A stretch of 64,000 nt of DNA. It comes from Phycisphaerae bacterium. Lineage in GTDB: Bacteria > Planctomycetota > Phycisphaerae > UBA1845 > Fen-1342. Below, piece after piece: positions 18,580-28,106 of this stretch. The position numbers and the translations under genes were made by a program. How positions within the stretch are numbered: the first letter of the stretch is position 1; each line of letters begins with the position of its first letter. The stretch covers positions 1 through 64,000 of the forward strand of contig JASFQK010000003.1 in assembly GCA_050115495.1 (NCBI GenBank). The letters are read 5' to 3'. Under the pieces are notes generated by a model. It was not told where the DNA came from. It ran no database searches and saw nothing but the letters and a program-made list of their open reading frames with translations.

Positions 18580-20124
18580 GTGGGGCCGGCCTCGGCGGCG
18601 GGCCGACTCTGGCGGGCGATCGAGCGTGCGATTCCGGTGGGGTCGTTCGCCCGCAGCGTGGCCGTCATGGGCGGCGGCACGGGCCTGAGCTACGCTCTTG
18701 TGCTGGCCGTCTCGCCCATCGTTACGCGCCTGTACACCCCGCCAGACTTTGGGTTGCTCGGCGTGTATATGTCGATGGTCTCGATGTCGCTGGTCTTTGT
18801 CAGTTGGCGATATGAACTGGCCATTCCGGCACCAAAGGAAGACACCGAGGCGACGAGCGTGCTGGTCCTGGCCATGGCTCTGGTCGTGGGAACGAGCGCC
18901 ATGATCGGCGGCGCGTTGTGGGCGATCGGCGGCCTGATCGTCGACAGCTTGGACGCCCCCGAGTTGCGGCCCTACTTGTGGCTCGTGCCGGTGAATACGC
19001 TGATCGGCGGTGTGTACGCCGTGCTCTACTCCTGGTGTGTCCGAAAGAAGGCCTTTGCGGCGATTGCACGCAGCAAGCTGTCGCAGGCCGTGGGTACCAT
19101 CACGGCCCACGTGGGATTGGGACTGCTGTTCGGCGGGGCGCTGGGGCTGGTGGTGGGGCACATCGTGCGCTGGGGCGGCGGCAGCGTCACCCTGTTTCGC
19201 GATTTCTGGCGCGATAGTGCGGGTTGCCGGAAACGAATATCGCTGCGCGGCACGCTGACGATGGCCTCCCGCTATCGCCGTTTCCCGATGTTCACGGTCT
19301 GGTCCGCCCTGCTCGGCAACTGCGGTACGCAGATGCCGGTGCTGCTCCTGTCGGCGTTTTTCGGGAGTGTGCCGGCCGGGTTGTACGTGTTGACCGGACA
19401 GGTGCTGTGGATGCCGTTGAACGTTGTGGCCCTCGCGATCAGCCAGGTGTTCTTCTCCAGCGCGAGCGAGGCGAGCCGCGGGGGAAAGGCTATCACCCTC
19501 ACGCTGCGCGTGTTCACCCGGCTGGTCGCGGTGGGGACGCCGTTCATCATGCTGTTGATGGTGGCGGCGCCGGAGGGATTCGCGCTGCTCTTCGGACCGA
19601 AGTGGACCATGGCCGGCGTGTACGCCCAGTTCCTGTGCCCGTGGCTGCTGCTGGCCTTCGCCGTCGGACCGGTGACGTCATTGGTGTACGTGCTCGAGCA
19701 CCAGCACGGGGAACTGGTCTTTCAGGCCTGCCTGTTGGTAGGGCGAGTTGCGGCCCTGGTGATGGGCGGCCTGCTCGGCGACCCGGTGCTGGCCATCGCG
19801 CTCTTCGGGGGCGTGAGCGCCGCGATGTGGTTCGTGTACATGCTGTGGCTGCTGCACGTCAGCGGTAACCGGCCACGAGACGGCTTGATCTGTCTGGGGA
19901 AGAACCTCGCGGCGACGTTGCCGGTCCTCCTGCCCACGGCGGCGGCCAAGCTGGTCTTCGACACGCCGCTCTGGGTTGTCGGCGGAGCGGCGATCAGTGC
20001 GGCCTGGGCGGCCGTGAACGTGGTGCGCGGGCTACGCAGGCGAGACGCTACGCCGCCAGACGCCGCCGGCAGACAAGAAATGACGCCGGACGCATCTGCG
20101 CCCGGCGTCATCGCTGCTCGATAG
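18580..20124 (+). CDS. Wzx-type oligosaccharide flippase, copy 2
   Basis: Clear paralogue of 14885-16366. Start uncertain (ORF open from 18355; GTG 18580 chosen by alignment with copy 1). Confidence 0.85.
   Translation: MGPASAAGRLWRAIERAIPVGSFARSVAVMGGGTGLSYALVLAVSPIVTRLYTPPDFGLLGVYMSMVSMSLVFVSWRYELAIPAPKEDTEATSVLVLAMALVVGTSAMIGGALWAIGGLIVDSLDAPELRPYLWLVPVNTLIGGVYAVLYSWCVRKKAFAAIARSKLSQAVGTITAHVGLGLLFGGALGLVVGHIVRWGGGSVTLFRDFWRDSAGCRKRISLRGTLTMASRYRRFPMFTVWSALLGNCGTQMPVLLLSAFFGSVPAGLYVLTGQVLWMPLNVVALAISQVFFSSASEASRGGKAITLTLRVFTRLVAVGTPFIMLLMVAAPEGFALLFGPKWTMAGVYAQFLCPWLLLAFAVGPVTSLVYVLEHQHGELVFQACLLVGRVAALVMGGLLGDPVLAIALFGGVSAAMWFVYMLWLLHVSGNRPRDGLICLGKNLAATLPVLLPTAAAKLVFDTPLWVVGGAAISAAWAAVNVVRGLRRRDATPPDAAGRQEMTPDASAPGVIAAR
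20072..20111 (-). terminator. Intrinsic terminator of the coiled-coil gene, inside the 3' end of the convergent flippase CDS
   Basis: Stem at 20080-20111 (ATGACGCCGG..CCGGCGTCAT) whose G-U pair works on the minus strand, followed by TTCTTGTCT. Confidence 0.6.
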
Positions 20125-20147
20125 AGCCGCCGTTACGTCACGATCGA

Positions 20148-21389
20148 TTACGCGTCACCGTTGTTCCCGATCGTGCTCCGGTCGGTGGCGGCGACCGCTT
20201 CACGCCCGGAGATCGGAGTGTCGATGTCTTCGTCGGCGATGGGGATGTCGCCGTTGTCCATACCACGCAGGGGGATGCCGACCCGCGGCCACGTTTCGAT
20301 GATCCGCCGGCGGGCACGTGTCTTCGTCTCGGTCAGGGCGACTCGAACCTCCGCGAAGGCCTTCTTGACGCTGGCCAGGGCGGTCTCGGTTGTGCGGTTC
20401 GCGTTGCGCAGCGAGGTGACCTCGGTCTCGTAGAAGTGCCGCTGCTCCAGGAGGCGGGCATTCTCCCGCTCCAGGTGAGCCAGTTGGGTCTGCAGCGTCT
20501 TCTTCTCGCCGCGCAGGCTCTCGATCTTCTCCAGGAGCTCGTCCTGTACCTGGGCGATCTCGCGGGCCCGGTCCTCGGCGGCGCGCAGGAGCACCTGGTG
20601 CTGCTGCCGCTCCGAGCGGATCTCGTCGAGGCTCGCCTGCGTTTGCTGGAGACGCGCCTGGAGATTGTTGCGTTCTTCGACCGTATCCCGGCGACCGCGT
20701 TCCATCTCCTGGAAGCGCGCCGTCAGGTCCTTGATATCCGAGCGCAGGCCGTCCCGCTCCTTGCGGATCGTCCACACCTCTTCGAGCTGCTTGTTGGCCG
20801 CCTTCAGCTCACTCTTGAGGCGGGTGCGCTCCTTCTCGATGGAGTTGTATTCTTCGGTCAGCCGGCCGAGCCGCCCGTTGGCGTTGGCGACTTCCTCTTC
20901 GAGGAGGCTCACCTCGCCGCGGACCTGCTCGAGGGCTTCGAGCCGCGTCTGGAGCGTCACGTGCTGCCACTCGAGCTCCTGGTTCCGCTGGCCGGCAGCC
21001 TGGAGCTTCTCGTTGGCCTGAGCCAACTCGTGCTCGAGCGACTCACGGATCTCCTGGTGTCGGTCGAGCTGGTCCTCCAGCTCGTTGATGACCTGCATCA
21101 CGTCGTTCCGCTCGTCCAGCACCGTGTCGTGCAGTGCCGGCGTGAGCGGATGCTCCGTGTCGTCGATGTCCTGGGTCATCTGCCGGATCCGCTGCTTGAC
21201 CTCTTCGATCGACGTCGGAGACGAGGTGGTTCGTTCCGGCGTTTCGGGGCCCCGATCCTGGATGTTGTCTGTCTCATTCATGCCGATGTCCGCCTTCTGT
21301 TCGGCTGCGGTGTCGTCCACGTTGGGCATGTCGGAGATGCGCTCCTTCGCCTGGCTGCTCTTCGTCGAGCCGTTCCGCCTCTTCTCCAT
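20148..21389 (-). CDS. Long coiled-coil protein with acidic/disordered head and tail
   Basis: About 300 aa of E/Q/R/L heptad pattern, essentially free of Pro. AAGGA RBS before ATG 21389. No TM segment or ATPase motif. Confidence 0.8.
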   Translation of the reverse strand: MEKRRNGSTKSSQAKERISDMPNVDDTAAEQKADIGMNETDNIQDRGPETPERTTSSPTSIEEVKQRIRQMTQDIDDTEHPLTPALHDTVLDERNDVMQVINELEDQLDRHQEIRESLEHELAQANEKLQAAGQRNQELEWQHVTLQTRLEALEQVRGEVSLLEEEVANANGRLGRLTEEYNSIEKERTRLKSELKAANKQLEEVWTIRKERDGLRSDIKDLTARFQEMERGRRDTVEERNNLQARLQQTQASLDEIRSERQQHQVLLRAAEDRAREIAQVQDELLEKIESLRGEKKTLQTQLAHLERENARLLEQRHFYETEVTSLRNANRTTETALASVKKAFAEVRVALTETKTRARRRIIETWPRVGIPLRGMDNGDIPIADEDIDTPISGREAVAATDRSTIGNNGDA

Positions 21390-21714
21390 GATCTTCGCTT
21401 CCTTGCACGCCCACGGGGCGCCGTCGGCCACTGCACGTGTTTCCCGGACCCGCCGACCGGGACGGCCGCGCGAGCCCTCGCCATGCCCTGAATTATCGGT
21501 TCGCCCTTTCCCCGCCCTTGACCGTGGGCGCGACACACCGCGCAAAACCCACGCGTCGGCCCCGCCGGCGGGGGGCCGAAACGGCTCTGGCGGCCTCTCA
21601 GGGGTGCTTTACCGCCGCCCGCCGATTGGTATACTGGCGCCGTTGACCGCCCGGGCAAGCTCGGTGTGGCTGGCCGCTGGCAGGCGGCCCGGCTCGACGG
21701 TCCAACGACAGGCT

Positions 21715-21789
21715 GGTGGCGTAGCTCAGCTGGTTTAGAGCGGCGGATTCATAACCCGCAGGTCGGCGGTTCAAGTCCGCCCGCCACCA
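21715..21789 (+). tRNA. tRNA with CAT anticodon, probably elongator tRNA-Met; CCA not encoded
   Basis: Acceptor GGTGGCG/CGCCACC, D-arm GCTC/GAGC, anticodon loop TTCATAA and T-loop GTTCAAGTC. The paired first base argues against fMet. Ile2 is not fully excluded. Confidence 0.92.
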
Positions 21790-21802
21790 AGTGCGACACG
21801 AA

Positions 21803-21834
21803 GCGGCGACGTTCGCCCCAGGCGACGTCGCCGC
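21803..21834 (+). terminator. GC-rich hairpin just downstream of tRNA-Met
   Basis: GCGGCGACG(T)TCGCC-CCA-GGCGA-CGTCGCCGC, with no clear U tract. Confidence 0.45.
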
Positions 21835-22997
21835 CGTCGTATCGCTGAGGCGGGGGACAAGCTCACCGTTTACGGCTCACGCGGCACGGGTCGCCTTCCA
21901 GGGACTGACGCAGCTTCGGTGTTTGCGCGCGGGAGGGCGGCGGTGTGACCGTGTTCGCGGCGCTCGCGCGGTATTCCCGGCTCACCGCCCGGACTCTGCG
22001 CGGCGATGCTGCCGCGCTGCTGTTCGTATGCTCGCTGTGCAGTGTTCATGTAGTCTCTGTGGCCCGTCGCTGCGTGGTGGAGACTGTTGTCTTGCGTCGC
22101 AAACTTCATGAAGGGTAGTGACTACATGTAGACTATGCGGCCGTCGGTCATAGCGGTAGCAACACTGCATCTGGCGTATGTCATTGTGGCCTGTTCAGGG
22201 GACAGTGCAGCACATCCTCACTGGGAACGAGCGCTCATGAGTCAGCGCAGTCAACTACGGGGCGGAAGAGAACGTGAGCGGTTGCGAAATACTCTTGACG
22301 TGCGTTTCCGGACGTGCTATGCTCCCCAGTATACACGTTCGAGGACGGTTCTACGTCCTCTGTTTCTGGGCCGTTTCATTAGTACCGCAAGCTACGGAGG
22401 GCTGCCGACGTAGGCCCGCGCTTACCGGCCTTAAGTGGGCATCGGTTGGGCATGACGCCTAGCCGCCCGCTGAAGAGAGGTCGGAGTTACAGCGTTGGGC
22501 TGCGCCGCGCGCGCCGTGGTCCGGCGTGCAGATCATGTCTAGCGGTCGATCGTGGGTTTACGCGGGTCAGCTTCCGCCCGTTTGATCGCCGCTTTCATGG
22601 AAGGGGCGACGGAGACGGGGTGACGAACGAACGCGGAATTGGGGATGGTCGTGCGGTACCGGCAGGGCACTCAGCGCCTACCTGGAAACCCACTTCGACC
22701 CTGATTTGGATGCACAACGGCTGAGAGAGAGGAGGGACCGACAGGGTCGTGTCCGATCGACTGCTGCCGAGGGCACCGCGGACATCAGTTGCGTTGCGCA
22801 GGCAGGCGGAGGAAGCGGCGGTCACGATACCTCGCAGATAGATTTTGTGGTTCTTGCGAGACACGCAGGTGATCTGCGTGCCGCGGTGGAACGAGCGTGC
22901 CGCTCGTGGGCGACGATGACGCCGACCGGCGGTGCCCCGCAGTTTCTGTGATCACTTATGGTGATCCGCAATCGTAACCAGAGGAAGGGACGACACG

Positions 22998-25900
22998 ATG
23001 AAAGCAGCTAACACTTATGTGAGGGTCGCTGCGTTAGCTTCCCTCGGGGTACTTCTATTGGCACAGTCCGCCTTCGCCCTCGAGCCCGTCGGTGACCCCG
23101 TCCTGTGCGGTCGAGACGGAGGCTGGATGCAGCGGTTCGTCGTGTACAACACGACGGCCTTCGATCAGATTCAGTTCGCGATGGCGGAGGGCAGCGCGTT
23201 CACCATGCCGGACGGCTTCGATCGGCCGGCGTTCATTCCGGACACATGGGACCAGGCCTGCAACGACAGCGTACGCCTCATTGCCACCGGCCCGGAGACG
23301 AACTCGCTCGAGTTCTGGGTGAAGTTCGACACGCCGCTCGCCACCCCCTTCATGATGTACTACCAGGTCTACGGCATGTCCGCGGGCATGCTGACCGAGA
23401 TCACGGCCGCGTGGAACGGTGAGGAGTGGACGCTTGCCGGCGATTCGCCTTGGTCGAACGCCCGCGTCGACTGCGCCTGCCTCCACATGGGCTCGCTGTC
23501 GCTGCTGACCGATCCCGCCGATCAGGTTTGCTACGGCATCGGCGACACCGTCACCATCAATGTGTTCATGTCGGACATCATGGATCCCTACGCCATCGTC
23601 GGTGGCCAGTTCTTCCTCTCCTATAACGCGGCCAAGCTGCAGTTCGTTGAGATGACCGCCGGTGAGGATCCGTTCCTCAACCAGATCTACGAGCACGTCG
23701 ATCCGCTGGCCGGCACGATCGACTACGGCGTCGGCCTGAACTTCGGCGGCGTCGGCACGATCGAAGACTCGGTCATGGCCGTGATCACCTTCACCGCCAT
23801 CAACGAGATCTGCCTGACCGACAGCCTGGTCACCTTCCGGGACAACGAGCCGCCGTCCATGCTGACCTCCGGCTGCTGCGGCGACGTCTGTCCGTTGCTC
23901 TACGAGCTGGCGGCCATCGAGATCGACAGCACCCCGCCGGCCTTCGACAACTGCTCGGGCACGCCCGAGGAGCCGGCAGAGGTTACGGTCGAGTGCCATC
24001 TGCTCGACAGCATGTACCCGGTCTACGACTCGTTCGGCAACCTCCTGGTGACGGCGCAGGACGTCTGCGACGATCCGGATGACCTGACCGACGACGTCAT
24101 GGTCACGTTCAACGAAGAGCGTGAGGACGGCCCCTGCGACGCGACCTACACGCTGACCCGCACCTGGACGGCCACTGACTTCTGCGGCAACGCCGCCGAC
24201 TGCGTGATGATCATCCACGTCCAGGACACGACGGCGCCCTGCCTCGCCGGTTGCCCGCGCGACGCCACCGTCGAGTGCAGCGATCTGGACACGCTCTTCC
24301 CGGTGTACGACGAGTTTGACAACCTGCTGGTGACGGCGACCGACAATTGCGATCCGAACCCGGTCGTCAGCTTCACCGAGGAGCGCGAGTACCCCGATCC
24401 GGAATGCCTCGGGACGTTCTTCCTGACCCGCGTCTGGGAGGCCACGGACGAGTGCGGTAACACCGCCTACTGCGAGCAGTTCCTGACCGTGCAGGACACG
24501 ACGGCCCCCGAGTGGGTCGATCCGGACAACCTGCCGCCGCACATCACCGTGACCTGCGATGCGGTCCCGGAGGTCGTGCACCCGCTGGCGACCGACAACT
24601 GCGCCGAGCCGCGCCTCACCTACACCGAGGACGTGAGCGAGCACGGCGAGTGCCAGACGTACACCATCACGCGCACGTGGGTCTATGACGACTACTGCGG
24701 CAACTCGATCTCGCACACGCAGCTCATCTCGGTTGTGGACAATCTCCCGCCGCAGTTCGCTTTCTGCCCGGAGGACGTCACCGTCGAGTGTGACGCGGTT
24801 CCGGAAGTCCCCGTCATGGAAGCCACCGACAACTGCCCGGATTCGATTCCGGAGGTTTCCTTCGTCGAGTTCCAGACGATGCTCCCGAATCCGGCCTGCC
24901 CGGAGCACTACCGGCTGCGGCGCGCCTGGACGGCCACCGACGGCTGCGGCAACTCCTGCGAGTGCGTGCAGCTCATCACCGTCGTCGACACCACGCCGCC
25001 GGAGATCACCTGCCCTGAGCCGATCGTGGTGAAGGCCGACGTGGGTACCTGTGAAGCGGTGCTCTGCCCCGGCATGGCCGCCGCTGAGGACAACTGCGAT
25101 GACCACGTCGACGTCTTCGGCTTCCGCGACGACGGCCTGGGTGTCTGCTCCGACCCGTACCCGGTCGGCACGACGACGATCACCTGGACCGCTCGTGACA
25201 ACTGCGGGAACGAGAACTCCTGCGACCAGACCGTGACCGTGCTGCCGTACAACGACATGCTGGTCTCGCTGGCGATTCAGGCCAGCTTCCCGTGCCAGTT
25301 CGCGAGCACGCTGGAACGCTGCATCACCTTCGAGCTCTGGAACTGCTCGGAGCCCGGCATGGATCCCGTCGAGTACGAGACCATGATCACGTTCGAGTGC
25401 CCGGAGCAGGGTGCCACCGTCGCGGTGGCGATGGACGTCCTGCTCGAGGACGTGCCCTGCGGTCTGTACACCTGCGTGACGGCCCGCGACAAGCTCCACT
25501 CGCTGCGGGTGACGCTCGGGTCGCCTGAGTTCGCCATGAGCGACAACATGTACGTGGCCGACTTCATCGGCGCGGAGAAGCTGCTGGTTGGCGGAAACGC
25601 CAACGACGACTGCGTGATTGACATCCGCGACTACGGCTTCTTCATCTGTGAGTGGGCCCTCCACTACGACAGCAACGGTGACTTCATCGACGATGGCAAC
25701 ACGCCGTGCGGCATGTTCATCAAGCACGCCGACTTCGACGGCAACGGTATCGTTTGGCAGGAAGACTACATGTACATCCGTGACAACTTCCTGTTCGAAT
25801 GCGATCCGGATTGCTGCGTCGTCGGCCGCATGGGCGGCAAAGAGGCCATCACCCGCATCTCCGTGGCCGAGCTGCGCAAGCAGGGCCTCGGCGACCTGGT

Positions 25901-26012
25901 CATCGCCGACCTCAACCGCGACGGCTGGCTGGATACGGCGGATATGAACGCGTTCATGCAGGGCGTCCGACCTCAGCGCCCGGGCGTGAGCGGCGAGGTC
26001 ATCCGCCCGTAG
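22998..26012 (+). CDS. Large secreted Cys-rich protein: cohesin-like domain, five HYR-like repeats and dockerin/EF-hand-like C-terminal motifs
   Basis: Signal peptide (SAFA), GGQFFLSYNAAKLQF...MAVITFTA, repeats DTTxP..CP..TVEC..ATDNC..TRTWTATD.CGN, and DFDGNG/DLNRDG loops. Confidence 0.85.
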   Translation: MKAANTYVRVAALASLGVLLLAQSAFALEPVGDPVLCGRDGGWMQRFVVYNTTAFDQIQFAMAEGSAFTMPDGFDRPAFIPDTWDQACNDSVRLIATGPETNSLEFWVKFDTPLATPFMMYYQVYGMSAGMLTEITAAWNGEEWTLAGDSPWSNARVDCACLHMGSLSLLTDPADQVCYGIGDTVTINVFMSDIMDPYAIVGGQFFLSYNAAKLQFVEMTAGEDPFLNQIYEHVDPLAGTIDYGVGLNFGGVGTIEDSVMAVITFTAINEICLTDSLVTFRDNEPPSMLTSGCCGDVCPLLYELAAIEIDSTPPAFDNCSGTPEEPAEVTVECHLLDSMYPVYDSFGNLLVTAQDVCDDPDDLTDDVMVTFNEEREDGPCDATYTLTRTWTATDFCGNAADCVMIIHVQDTTAPCLAGCPRDATVECSDLDTLFPVYDEFDNLLVTATDNCDPNPVVSFTEEREYPDPECLGTFFLTRVWEATDECGNTAYCEQFLTVQDTTAPEWVDPDNLPPHITVTCDAVPEVVHPLATDNCAEPRLTYTEDVSEHGECQTYTITRTWVYDDYCGNSISHTQLISVVDNLPPQFAFCPEDVTVECDAVPEVPVMEATDNCPDSIPEVSFVEFQTMLPNPACPEHYRLRRAWTATDGCGNSCECVQLITVVDTTPPEITCPEPIVVKADVGTCEAVLCPGMAAAEDNCDDHVDVFGFRDDGLGVCSDPYPVGTTTITWTARDNCGNENSCDQTVTVLPYNDMLVSLAIQASFPCQFASTLERCITFELWNCSEPGMDPVEYETMITFECPEQGATVAVAMDVLLEDVPCGLYTCVTARDKLHSLRVTLGSPEFAMSDNMYVADFIGAEKLLVGGNANDDCVIDIRDYGFFICEWALHYDSNGDFIDDGNTPCGMFIKHADFDGNGIVWQEDYMYIRDNFLFECDPDCCVVGRMGGKEAITRISVAELRKQGLGDLVIADLNRDGWLDTADMNAFMQGVRPQRPGVSGEVIRP

Positions 26013-26066
26013 GGCGGCGACTGACCGCTGACAGCCGCCACCGCGGCGGCTGATCCGAAGACTGTT

Positions 26067-26105
26067 GCCGGCCGGCGCGCGACCTATTGGTCACGCGCCG
26101 GCCGG
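26067..26105 (+). terminator. Hairpin downstream of the HYR-repeat gene
   Basis: CCGGCCGGCGCGCGACC-TATT-GGTCACGCGCCGGCCGG, a near-perfect stem. Confidence 0.5.
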
Positions 26106-26191
26106 ACTCGGCTGCGATGTGCAGATTTGTGTTCTCTGTGCCGTCTTGTTTTGTCTTGTTTGCGAGCCTGATTCAGGCAGAGGGCGTTACC

Positions 26192-26965
26192 ATGTTGGCT
26201 TTAGCATCCAACCGGCTCTTCATGTTCTGCGCGTGTGCATTACTTTTCTCCTGGGCGGTCTGGCCGTCGTCGGCGCAGGCTGACGTGGATCTGGACCTGC
26301 GCGTCGTCGAGCTGGCCTACGGTCCCGGCTATGCCGAGGCGGACCTCTGGGCCGTCTGCGACAGCCCGGTTCCGCAGGCGATCGGCGGCATGTCGGTGAT
26401 CCTCGTCTGGGATCCCGAGGTCCTCGAGGGCGTCAGTATCAACAGTCTCGAAGGCCCCTATGACTGGGTCAACGAGGACGGGAACCCGCTGGAGGGCTTC
26501 TACGATGACAGCGCCATGGACGGTCTCAACGAGACCTTCCTCGACGGCGATGCCCTCTACATGAATTTCGTCGATTTCGGGGTCGATCTCTACGTCGATC
26601 AGGACGGGTTGTGGGTCGGCCGCTTCACCTTCGAGAAGAAACGCTGCTACGGTCCCGCCATGCTGACCATCGTTCCGGAGCTCGGCGCATACTCCCACAC
26701 CGTCGTCTATGACGGCATCCATCCGGGCGGCCAGGTCACCGGCGACCTCGATGAGGTCGATCTCATGCCGCCACCGATCCCCGGTGACATGAACTGCGAC
26801 GGCTTCGTCAACAACTTCGACATCAAGCCGTTCGTGCTGGCGGTCAGCGACCCCGAGGCCTATGCCGAGCATTACCCGTGCTGCGACATCATGTTCGGCG
26901 ATCTCACCGGCGACGGGCTCGTCAACAACTTTGATATCAAGCCGTTCCTCGAACTGCTGAGGTAA
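26192..26965 (+). CDS. Secreted protein with a cohesin-like domain and C-terminal dockerin-like domain
   Basis: Signal peptide (SAQA), IGGMSVILVWDPEVLE..VGRFTF, and duplicated GDMNCDGFVNNFDIKPF / GDLTGDGLVNNFDIKPF. Confidence 0.8.
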   Translation: MLALASNRLFMFCACALLFSWAVWPSSAQADVDLDLRVVELAYGPGYAEADLWAVCDSPVPQAIGGMSVILVWDPEVLEGVSINSLEGPYDWVNEDGNPLEGFYDDSAMDGLNETFLDGDALYMNFVDFGVDLYVDQDGLWVGRFTFEKKRCYGPAMLTIVPELGAYSHTVVYDGIHPGGQVTGDLDEVDLMPPPIPGDMNCDGFVNNFDIKPFVLAVSDPEAYAEHYPCCDIMFGDLTGDGLVNNFDIKPFLELLR

Positions 26966-27065
26966 ACGGCGCCCCGACAGGCAAGACGGCTGAGCGACGA
27001 CCGGCCACGCGTTTGCAGACGGGTGGCCGGTCGTCCGTCTGCTCTCACCCCGGATACAACCGTGC

Positions 27066-28106
27066 TCAGGAGGAGGCGGGAACCTCCGGCGGCCGCGTTT
27101 CCTGCGCCGGCAGCTTCGGTTCGGGCACCGTCTCCAGCAGCCGCCGAACGATCGCCACCGAGTCGAGCCGCTCGGCCTGCGCCGCGAAGTTGCAGGCGAC
27201 ACGGTGCCGCAGGACGGGGATGGCCACCCGGCGGACGTCGTCCAGGCTGACGCTGTACCGCCCGTCCATCGCCGCCATGGCCCGCCCGCCCCAGATGAGA
27301 AACTGCCCAGCCCGCGGCCCGGCGCCCCAATCCACGTACTTGCGGACGAAATCTGGCGCCGTCGGGTCCGCCGGCCGCGAGGCCCGCGTCAGCGCCGCCG
27401 CGTAATCCACAATGTACGACGTGGCCGGGATGGCCGCGATCAGCTTCTGCATGTTCAGAAGCTGGCGGTCGTTGATGACCGTTCGCAGCGGCGCCGTCTC
27501 GCTCTGCGTCGTCTGCGAGAGGATGCGCTGCTCGTCGGCCAGCGTCGGGTAATCCACCCAGATGTTGAACATGAAGCGGTCGAGCTGCGCCTCGGGCAGG
27601 GGGTACGTACCCTCCTGCTCGATGGGGTTCTGCGTGGCGATGACGAAGAACGGGTTCGGCAACGGGTACGTCTGCGACCCGCTGGTCACCTCGCGCTCCT
27701 GCATGGATTGCAGCAGGGCTGCCTGCGTTTTCGGCGGCGTACGGTTGATCTCGTCGGCCAGCACGATGTTGGCGAACACCGGCCCGGGCACGAAGCGAAA
27801 CTCCCGCCGGCCGTCCGGCAGTTCGTCGATCACGTTCGTCCCGGTGATGTCCGAGGGCATCAGGTCGGGCGTGAACTGGATGCGCTTGAAGACCAGTGAG
27901 GTGATGCGGGCCAGCGTCGAGACCATCAGCGTCTTGGCCAGCCCCGGCACGCCGACCAGCAGGCAGTGCCCGCGGGTCAAGATGGCCGCGAACATCTGCT
28001 CGACGACCTCGGTCTGCCCGACGATGTGGCGGGCGAACTCCTCGCGGATGAGCTGCTGCGAGCGGTGGAACTCCTTCAGCAGGTTCTCGAACGACTCCTT
28101 GGCCAT
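27066..28106 (-). CDS. moxR: MoxR-family AAA+ ATPase
   Basis: GVPGLAKT, RIQFTPDLMPSDITG, LADEINRTPPKTQAALL and ATQNPIEQEGTYPLPEAQLDRF. Confidence 0.95.
   Translation of the reverse strand: MAKESFENLLKEFHRSQQLIREEFARHIVGQTEVVEQMFAAILTRGHCLLVGVPGLAKTLMVSTLARITSLVFKRIQFTPDLMPSDITGTNVIDELPDGRREFRFVPGPVFANIVLADEINRTPPKTQAALLQSMQEREVTSGSQTYPLPNPFFVIATQNPIEQEGTYPLPEAQLDRFMFNIWVDYPTLADEQRILSQTTQSETAPLRTVINDRQLLNMQKLIAAIPATSYIVDYAAALTRASRPADPTAPDFVRKYVDWGAGPRAGQFLIWGGRAMAAMDGRYSVSLDDVRRVAIPVLRHRVACNFAAQAERLDSVAIVRRLLETVPEPKLPAQETRPPEVPASS

Noticed and set aside
21715..21789. tRNA-Sec, or an integration site for a genomic island
   Set aside because: The anticodon is CAT with a short variable loop. 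No integrase or duplicated tRNA 3' end was seen in the window.
23055..25727. 890-aa minus-strand ORF and similar long antisense ORFs (for example 4134-5762, 42508-44319, 58584-60053)
   Set aside because: These are shadow frames of strongly GC3-biased real genes and carry no recognisable motifs.
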